From Oscillospiraceae bacterium (lineage in GTDB: Bacteria > Bacillota > Clostridia > Oscillospirales > Oscillospiraceae): a stretch of 45,306 nt of DNA. The stretch is from positions 1 through 45,306 of the forward strand of contig JAQWCP010000001.1 in NCBI GenBank assembly GCA_028705905.1, written 5' to 3'. The notes beneath the pieces are model-generated. The model was not told where the DNA came from, made no database searches, and saw only the letters and a list, made by a program, of their open reading frames with translations. The translations under genes and the position numbers were made by a program. Of this stretch, positions 1 through 8,800 are shown in pieces; the stretch's first letter is position 1, and each line of letters begins with the position of its first letter.

Positions 1-87
1 GAACACAATCACCACAATCAGGCTCAGATCATCAAGGACATTTTGCGGGCGGCAAAGGAAAGCGAGGGAATCAGAGATGAGCGATGA
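1..87 (+). CDS. 3' end of an upstream ORF entering the window (unknown function)
   Basis: Frame 1 is open from base 1 to TGA 85-87 (EHNHHNQAQIIKDILRAAKESEGIRDER*). It overlaps the next start at 77, as the other coupled genes here do. The fragment is too short to judge. Confidence 0.25.
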   Translation, partial: EHNHHNQAQIIKDILRAAKESEGIRDER

Positions 88-694
88 AAAGCGCATGGCC
101 GAAAACTATGAGATCACCCAGGCTATCCGCATCGGCGGCAGGGAGGTCGTTTTCGGCGTGGATGAGAAAGCGGAAAGACCCTATTTCTGCGCCTTCTATG
201 GAAAGCAATTCCTGTTCGGCTTTATCAAAGAGCGATACGAGGAATGTGTCACCGGCGACGATTATGTGGAGATCGTGGAGCTGTTTTCCCAAAGGATAAA
301 GGAGCAGTGCGACAAGGTTCGGGCGGAATGGGCGCAGACAGAGGTGCCAAGAAAGAGAATCACCGCCGAGATGTGCAGCCCCAATGACTACGCTCAGAGC
401 ATTGAGGGAAAAATCGTGGCCGTAAAGCTGTCCACGCTTCACCCCGAATATCAGAGCGCCGAACATCAGCTCATCTATATCACGGGCGGCAGCGGCGCAA
501 GAGCCAACAGCCGGGGGACGGCCTGCTTCTGCAAAAACCTGTACACCGGCGAGGACACCCGCTGGGAGCGTTACGACATTCAAGGCGAGATAAAGACAGC
601 GCATTTGCCCGATTGGGCGAAGGAACGTCTTGCGGTTATTCAAGCGGAACAGGCCCAAAAGAGCAAAAAACCGGCAGAGAGGGGCGCGCGATAA
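77..694 (+). CDS. Hypothetical ICE leading-region protein
   Basis: 205-aa ORF starting at ATG. Its stop overlaps the next start (TAATG at 692-696). I do not recognise a family. Confidence 0.65.
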   Translation: MSDEKRMAENYEITQAIRIGGREVVFGVDEKAERPYFCAFYGKQFLFGFIKERYEECVTGDDYVEIVELFSQRIKEQCDKVRAEWAQTEVPRKRITAEMCSPNDYAQSIEGKIVAVKLSTLHPEYQSAEHQLIYITGGSGARANSRGTACFCKNLYTGEDTRWERYDIQGEIKTAHLPDWAKERLAVIQAEQAQKSKKPAERGAR

Positions 695-957
695 TGAGCG
701 AGAGAATCAACGCGGGCTATGTCATCACCGATTCCGTTTTTATCGGGGATTCGGAGTTTGTAATCGGCGCTAACAGCACCAGCCTTGGCACGATGTATGT
801 AACTTGGCAATGCAAGGACGGCGACAATTACTTTTGGGGCCATTATTTATCCGACCGCAGGGCGGCGGAAAAGGATTTGCTTGACCGCGCGGGGAATGAG
901 CTGCGCCTGCAAAGGCAGCAAGAGCAAAAATCGAAGAATAAGGAGCGTGAACGATGA
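694..957 (+). CDS. Hypothetical small protein (MSERINAGYVITDS...)
   Basis: The internal ATG at 694 of ORF 613..957 overlaps the upstream stop. The 613 start would overlap the previous gene by 80 nt. Confidence 0.6.
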   Translation: MSERINAGYVITDSVFIGDSEFVIGANSTSLGTMYVTWQCKDGDNYFWGHYLSDRRAAEKDLLDRAGNELRLQRQQEQKSKNKERER

Positions 958-1898
958 TGAATATCAGACCTATGACCCCGGAGGAACGGAAATACAGCTA
1001 TTCCCAAAGCCAGCAGCTCATGATGCAGTGTGGCGGGATCGGCTATCTGCGCGGGGATTTTGCCACTAACGGCAAGGAATTTTACAGCACATGGTTTGAC
1101 CACAATAAAAGCCGCAACACCACAGAATTCAAGGCGGTGTTCGATGAGGCCATCAATTCTCTGCGAGATGAGATCGGCATTCTGAAAGACCGCAGCAACA
1201 TGATTTCCTACTGCGGCGGCTATCCTGAAAGCGCCTTTGAGGGGAACTACTGCAAGGAGTACGGCTTTCGCGCGGACACGGAAAACTACGCCTGCCTCAT
1301 CCGCTGCAATCCCAATGCGGGCGATTACAATTTCTATGTTTTCCCTTATGAATCGAAGTGGCTTGACCGGAATATCGAAAAGGCGCGGCAGGGTATCCGA
1401 TTTATCACACCGGACTACAAGGAGCTGTTCCGCATCCCGGACGGCGACCACATTCAAATCACATTTTCAGACGGTGAAAAGGCTGACCGGGCCTGCCGGT
1501 ATATTGACGAATGTCATGTGGAGGTGGGCAGCGAGCTGTATCACATCTGCCAGTTTGCCGAAATCATGGAGCGCAACGGCAATACGGTCATCCCCATGCG
1601 TTCCTCTCTGCCCGAAAAATGTTACGGTATTATGCCGAGCAGCGGAGAAATCATTATCATTCGTCAGGGCGAGCAAGGCTATAACCCCACAGACTTCAAC
1701 TTTACAAATAAAGCGGATATGCGGCGGCTTGTTGATGAAGTGAATGGGAAGCTGGGCGTTACCAAGGCGCAGGAGGCCGCTATGCTGGCAGGCTCCCTGT
1801 TCGGCTGGCACACCCCCGCCGCCGACCCGAAGAATTACGACGAGGACGGCCAGCCGGTGAAACCCGCTAAAAGGAAAGACCGGGGTGACGCGAGATGA
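954..1898 (+). CDS. Hypothetical ICE protein, 314 aa
   Basis: ATGA overlap with the upstream stop at 954-957 and with the downstream start at 1895-1898. The sequence is complex and non-repetitive. Confidence 0.7.
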   Translation: MMNIRPMTPEERKYSYSQSQQLMMQCGGIGYLRGDFATNGKEFYSTWFDHNKSRNTTEFKAVFDEAINSLRDEIGILKDRSNMISYCGGYPESAFEGNYCKEYGFRADTENYACLIRCNPNAGDYNFYVFPYESKWLDRNIEKARQGIRFITPDYKELFRIPDGDHIQITFSDGEKADRACRYIDECHVEVGSELYHICQFAEIMERNGNTVIPMRSSLPEKCYGIMPSSGEIIIIRQGEQGYNPTDFNFTNKADMRRLVDEVNGKLGVTKAQEAAMLAGSLFGWHTPAADPKNYDEDGQPVKPAKRKDRGDAR

Positions 1899-2437
1899 CA
1901 GAGGACCGGCACGTTATATGGAGCAACTACGCTCTCGACTATGCGGATTGGAAGGATGATTTAGAGGCGGAGTACCCCGATTTATCCGAGGATGAGCGTG
2001 TCGCCCTGATGTATGACATCAACGGCGATTATCTGGGCGACGAGCGCATGAACCTCAATATTCAGCTTTCCCGCCCTATCCTCATCGTCGGCGATTTGGG
2101 GCTGTGGAACGGTCGGCATACCGGCTACAAGGAAATCGAAAGCGGCAATATCCGCGACTGCCTCTGCGCCGATACGGACTATTCGACGTGGTATGTGGAT
2201 AAGCTGGGCGACCTGCGCTGCGACGCCATCCACCATGACGGCACAAACCATTATTTGTACCGGGTCTATAAGGACGGCGTTTCAGATTGGCAGATTGACA
2301 CTCTTAAAAACAAGCTCTACGAGGGCAGGGCCACCCGTGGGGACATCACCCGTATCACAAGGCGGCTGGGGGATGAGATCGCCGCCGTTTACGGCTTTGA
2401 CATCCCCCGGCAGCGGCAGGCCGCAATGGAAAGGTAG
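1895..2437 (+). CDS. Hypothetical ICE protein, 180 aa
   Basis: The start is coupled to the previous gene (ATGA). The ORF is clean. Confidence 0.7.
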   Translation: MTEDRHVIWSNYALDYADWKDDLEAEYPDLSEDERVALMYDINGDYLGDERMNLNIQLSRPILIVGDLGLWNGRHTGYKEIESGNIRDCLCADTDYSTWYVDKLGDLRCDAIHHDGTNHYLYRVYKDGVSDWQIDTLKNKLYEGRATRGDITRITRRLGDEIAAVYGFDIPRQRQAAMER

Positions 2438-2439
2438 GT

Positions 2440-2814
2440 GTGATTATGGCCCGAGAGAATGCCATGAATGAAGTCTTTGAGGAAGTAACCGTTTTAGGGA
2501 AGCCCATGCTGTTTTCCTGCCTCCGAATTGACCGGGATACCGTGCCAAAGGGACTGTATCTGTATGAGGTGCGGCACGACGATGAGCAGCAGGGCGATCC
2601 GGTGCAGATTGCAAACTGGATTATGGTCAATCATTGGGGAACGCTCATTTCCAATAAACCCCTCCGACTGGAGAAAAGCCAAAGAAATAATAATGCCTAT
2701 CGGGAGATTGACCCGGAAAAAGACTGGAATTACGAGGGCGTGGATTGTACCGTCAAGGAATATATGGAGAAGCATCCGCCTGAAAAGGCAAAGCATAAGG
2801 ATTACGCGAGATAG
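2440..2814 (+). CDS. Hypothetical small protein, possibly one of the stand-alone polyvalent-protein-associated domains
   Basis: 124-aa ORF. The GTG at 2440 or the ATG at 2446 could be the start (GGTAGG at 2433-2438). It ends at TAG 2812-2814 inside the RBS of the giant gene. Confidence 0.65.
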   Translation: MIMARENAMNEVFEEVTVLGKPMLFSCLRIDRDTVPKGLYLYEVRHDDEQQGDPVQIANWIMVNHWGTLISNKPLRLEKSQRNNNAYREIDPEKDWNYEGVDCTVKEYMEKHPPEKAKHKDYAR

Positions 2815-2826
2815 GAGGTTTTGCGA

Positions 2827-5800
2827 ATGGCACGAAAATATGAGTTGATAACGGAGCTGTATCAGCGCACTCAAAAAAGCGTGACGGCTCCCGGAGCATG
2901 GCAGCGGTTTTTGTCCTCCGCCTGCCGGAATTACAGGCTGTCCTTTGACGAGCAGCTTTTGGTTTATGCCCAGCGCCCCGATGCCATTGCTGTTCTGGAG
3001 CTGGAGGACTGGAACAGGAAATTCGGGCGCTGGGTCAACAAGGGCGCGACCGGCATTGCCGTGTTCGATAAAGAGTACACCGGCAGGAGCCGGTTAAAGC
3101 ACTTCTTCGATGTAAGCGACACCCATGAGAGCCGTTTCTCTCGGCCCGTTCCCATTTGGGACATGCGGCCTGAACAGGAAGCTGAAATTATAGAATCACT
3201 GGAAAACAGCTTCGGCGAGCTGGCCGACAAATCGGATTTTGCGGCGGCGCTCATCTCTGCGGCACAGAACGCCGTGGAGGACAATATGCCCGATTACCTC
3301 TCAGAGCTGCGCTACTGCAAGGAGAACAGCTTTTTAGAGGAACTGGACGATTTTAATACCGAAGTTCTCTACAAAAAGGCGCTTCAAAACAGCGTGGCGT
3401 ATATGCTGCTGACACGGTGCGGCATCGACGCCGGGGAATACTTTACCGACGAGGACTTCCGGGATGTTTTGGACTTCAACACGCCGGAAACGCTCAATGC
3501 CCTCGGCACGGCCACCGGCGATATTGCGCAGATGGGACTTTCGGAAATTTCCCGCACGGTTCAAAATCTGCAAAGACAGGCTAAAAAAGAAAATCGCACA
3601 TTTGCAAACTCAAAAGAAAGCGAGTACCCTGTAGGTGAAAAGAACAATAAGCAGTCTGAAAGGAGTTTTGAATATGGCACTGAGCTACACGAAACAGGGA
3701 GATTACAATCTTCCGAACCTTCTGCCCCCGCAGGAGCCGGAAATCAGCCTTGGGAAATACGCCTTGCTGCGCCGGAAGTTCCTGAAGGAGAACCGCAGGA
3801 TCGCCTACACGAACCTGCTGACCAGCGGAAAGCTGAACGCGCACCTGATGGAGATCGAGCAGACGGCGCTCACCCGGCTGGAGCAGTTGACAAAGGAGAT
3901 GGCGAAGGCCGAGGGCGTGACGGAGCAGATGAAGGCGGACGAGCAGATGAAATGGGTCGGCCTGATGAACAACCTCCGGCACTCGGCGGAGGAAGTGATT
4001 CTGAACGAACTGATTTACAGCTAAATACCACAGAAAACGCAGGAGGTGATGAGCTTCCTGCGTTTTTGGATGAGAAGCTGATTATGGCCGTCATTTCAAA
4101 TAAGGACGACGACCTCAAATACAAAAAGCAGCAGATCGAGCTGTTCTTCTCTATCCATCCGGAAGAAACGGAGCGCGCCGACTACCTCAAAACCGCTTAT
4201 CAAGACCGCTACACCGAGATTTTGGTGGGCGATGTGCGCATCGGGTATAAGCCGCAGGAGGACGGGCTTCTGATGTGGGAGGGCGCATACCTCTCCCGCA
4301 CAAGTGAATCCGTTTTTTCATGGGGCGTCGTGGCCGGTCTGACCGCGCAGCTCATCGGCAAAAAAGAATACGCCATCAACACGGACATCAAGGCTTTGAA
4401 ATCACAGGAAAGCCAGCAGATGTCCCTTTTTGATTTTGCGGGCTTCAATACCGCCGCTGACGCGCCGGAACAGGTTTACCTGTTCAGAGGGTTTGAGATT
4501 TCCCAGCAGGTTATCGACACGGCGCTTTGTCTTGGGGGCAACGAGCCGGATTGTTTGGAGCGTGTCTGCTCGTTCTTCTCAAAGGATTATCCCCTGGAGC
4601 GAAACGCGGCTTTTCTGAAAGAGGAATACGGGCAGGACGGCAAAGGGTTTTATCTCGGCAGCCGTCTGATTTCCCTCTGGTTTGACGAAGCCGGACTTCA
4701 CCTATCCGAAGGCAGGACAGCGACCGGCAGCCAGGCGATGCTCCTTTCCTGGGAGGACGCGGCAAAGCGAATCCGGGAACTGCTGGATTTGGGGCGGTAT
4801 GCGCCTCAGTCGGTTCTTGACCGCGCCGATGCCGTGGAGAAAAAGGTGATTGCAGAAAAGCTGCTTTATATGACGGGAGATTTTGCAGAAGCTGCCCGCG
4901 AAGCAGGTTTTCTGTCTGCTGTGCAGGAGATTCATAACGCGCGGCTTGGCTACCCCGATATGACCAAACAGCTTACCGACAAACTGGATGACGCCGCAGT
5001 TGCGGAAGGTCTGGCCTCAGACATGACCACTTTTCTTGCGGCATACGAACAGAATCGTGAACTGCTGCGTTTCCGCTTTCACAGGCCAAAGGAGCTGCTC
5101 CGTAGTCTGCGGGGCTTGCAGCGCGAACCGGTGAGCTTCACCGTACAGGAAAATTTTGAAACCGCGCCGAAGCAGTTTATCACCGATGATGAGATTGACA
5201 AGCTGCTGGCTGGCGGTAATCATGTGCAGGACAACAAGCTGCGTATCTACTCCTATTTTCTTGAGGAACACACCGCAAAAGAAAGAGCGGATTTTCTCAA
5301 ACACGATTACGGTATCGGCGGTTTTGGAAGATTGGGATTTAACGAAAACCACGACACCAAGGGGATTTCCTACTGCCGGGAAAACAGACTGTTTGAACCT
5401 TACGATAAAATCCTGCTGTCCTGGAGCAAGGTGGAAAAGCGAATCAGTGAGTTGATCCGGCAAGACCGCTATCTGACCGAGCAGGAAGTTGCGTATATTC
5501 CCACCTATGAAAAAGGGCAGCTTGCAAGAAACATTTACAGCTTCTTCTACAATGTGCCGCAGGAGCAGCCGCGCCCGTTCCCCTATGGCTTTGAGTATTC
5601 GGACGGTATCAAGCTCATCGAACCGCAGCTTGACGACCCGGCGAAGGTCGAGGAAATCTATCAGATGATGCTCCCCGTGTGGGAGGGAACCCAGCAGGAT
5701 GACCGTTATTATACTTCCAGAAAAGCGGGCTTTGAAAATCTGAGCGCCTACCGCGACGGTGCCTTCTCCCTGTTCGGCGAGAAAAAGGAGCCGCCTGCCG

Positions 5801-8800
5801 CCGCCATCCCGGAAGATTTACCCGCTAAAAAAGAAACCGGCCCGTTCTCCGGCCTTGCGTCTGAACTTCTCCGCTTCTATCAGGAGTACGACCCCTACGG
5901 CTACCGGGACAATATGGGGCTGGGTGAAAGCGATGAGGACGCGATTGCCGGTCTGGAGCAGCAGCTTCACGATTCCGGCCAGCGCCGCGTCATTCTGGAT
6001 ACGCTCCAGACCTTTCTGGATGAAAGCGACCCGGAGGAAGAAATCGCGGTCGATTTGGAGCTTTTCATGGAGCGCCTTCAGGAGCTGTCGGAAGAAAGCT
6101 CCGGCCAGCAGGCACAGCGGGAGGAAATTGCCGGTTTTCTGGACGAGGCGGGCTATGCTGTTTCCGATGAGCTAATCGACACCGGCATCAGCGAGTATGC
6201 CGCTCATGGAGGCAAGGGCAACAATCAGGACATCGCGGACTATATCGAGGACGAGCTTTTGAACGAGGAATCGGAGCCTGACCTCTCGGACATTGAGGAC
6301 GAATTACCGGCCCAAAAAGAAACAGAAGCCGCGCTTGCCCCACCAAAGCCCAAGCGGGAGCGTATCCGCTTTACCACCCTCCACCCGGAGATAGAGCAGC
6401 GGCACAATTTCCACATCACCGATAACGAGCTGGGCCGCGGAACGCCCGGTGAGAAATTCGCCGCCAATACCGCCGCCATCCGTCTGCTAAAGCAAATTGA
6501 ATACGAGGACAGCCAGCCGGGCTCCGGTAGGCTGGCAACGCCGGATGAGCAGATCACCCTGTCCCGTTATGTAGGCTGGGGCGGCCTCTCCGACTGCTTT
6601 GAAGAACAGAACAGCCACTACCAAGAATTGAAATCCCTGCTGGACGAGGATGAATATGCCGCCGCCAGAGCCAGCAGTCTCACCGCATTTTACACCTCTC
6701 CCGTTATCACAAACGCCATGTATCAGGCGCTTTCACAGATGGGGTTTCAGCGCGGAAACATTCTGGAGCCTGCCTGCGGAATTGGTAACTTCATCGGGAG
6801 CCTGCCAAACAGTATGGCAGACAGCAAAATCTACGGCGTCGAAATCGACAGCATTTCCGGGCGTATCGCGCAGCAGCTCTATCAGAACAGCAGTATCGCT
6901 GTGGAGGGCTTTGAAAAGGTGGATATGCCCGACAGCTTCTTCGACGTGGCCGTGGGCAATGTGCCCTTCGGCGACTTCAAGGTGCTGGATAGGCGGTACG
7001 ATAAAAACCACTGGCTGATCCACGATTACTTTTTTGGAAAAACCCTCGATAAAGTCAGGCCGGGCGGCATTGTGGCGTTTATCACCTCAAAGGGCACGAT
7101 GGACAAGGAAAATTCTTCTGTCCGCAAGTATCTGGCGCAGCGGGCCGACCTCATCGGTGCAATCCGCCTGCCCGACAACGCCTTCAAGCGCAACGCCGGA
7201 ACCGAAGTTACCAGCGACATCATCTTTCTGCAAAAGCGCGACCGCATGGTGGATATTGAGCCTGAGTGGGTGCATTTAGACACCGATGAGAATGGAATCC
7301 GCATGAACAGCTACTTTGTGCAGCACCCGGACATGATTTTAGGCGAGATGAAGATGGAATCCACCCGGTTCGGCATGGACAGCGCCTGCAAAGCCTATGA
7401 GAACGCCGACCTTGCCGGACAGCTACAGGAAGCCGTCAGCAATCTCCACGCGGAGATCACCGCTTATGAGGTAGAGGAACTGGAGGACGAGGAAGAAGAT
7501 CACTCCATCCCCGCCGACCCGGACGTGCGCAATTTCAGCTATACCATTGTAGATGGGAAAATCTATTTCCGGGAAAACTCAGTCATGCACCCGGTGGAGA
7601 TGTCCGTCACCGCCGAAAACCGTATCCGGGGCATGATCGCCCTGCGGGACTGTGTGCGAAAGCTGATCGAGTTCCAAACCCTGGACTTCCCGGAATCGGC
7701 CATCAAGAGAGAACAGGACAAACTCAACCGCCTATATGACGCCTATGTGAAAAAGTACGACCGCCTGTTTACGCGGGGCAATAATCTGGCCTTTTGTGAA
7801 GATGCGAGTTACTGCCTGCTCTGCTCATTAGAGGTACTGGACGAAGAAAACAACTTCAAGCGCAAGGCGGATATGTTCAGCAAACGGACGATCAAGCCCC
7901 ATGTGCCCGTCACCAGTGTGGACACCGCCAGTGAAGCCCTTGCCGTTTCCATTTCCGAAAAGGCGCGGGTGGATATGGAATATATGTCCGCCCTGTCCGG
8001 CAAGACGGCGGAGAAACTGGAAACAGAACTTGACGGCGTGATCTTCCGCGACATCGACTGCGCCGCAGACCCCGGCCTTATCCCGGAGGCTTTTACAGAC
8101 CTCAGCCGGTTTCCCCTTGTCACCGCCGACGAGTACCTTTCCGGCAACGTGCGCCAGAAGCTGCAAATGGCAAAGGCGCTCCATGAATTCTTGCCAGCCG
8201 AAAAAAAGAGCCTGATCGGGCAGAACATCTCCGCGCTCACGGCTGTCCAGCCGGTGGATTTGACCGCCGGTGAGATCGGCGTCCGTATCGGCGCGACGTG
8301 GATACCGCCTGAAATTTACCGGCAGTTCCTATTTGAACTGGTCGGCACAGGCGGGAACGCCCGCCGCCGCATGAGCGTCCTCTATTCCAAATGCACCGGC
8401 GAGTGGAACGTCACCGAGAAAAACGCCGATTACAGCAATATCAAGGCCGTCACCACCTATGGCACCAAGCGGATCAGCGCCTATCAGATATTCGAGCAGA
8501 CCTTGAATCTCAAGGATGTGCGTATCTTTGATACGGTCATTGAGAACGGAAACGAAAAGCGGGTGCTGAATAAAAAGGAAACCGCTATCGCCCAGGACAG
8601 GCAGGAGCTGATAAAATCCAAGTTCGCGGAATGGCTCTGGCGGGACATCGACCGGCGCGAGGCGCTCTGCAAGCTGTACAACGAAACCTTCAACAGTATC
8701 CGGCCCCGCGAGTACGATGGGCAGCACATCCGCTTCTCCGGTATGAACCCGGAAATCGTCCTCCGGCCCCATCAGATTAACGCCATCGCCCACATCATGT

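Noticed and set aside
3635-3673. Upstream ATG at 3635 as the start of the nested TnpV-like ORF
   Set aside because: The extension MKRTISSLKGVLN has no RBS and is not part of the family pattern. ATG 3674 has AAGGAG at ideal spacing.
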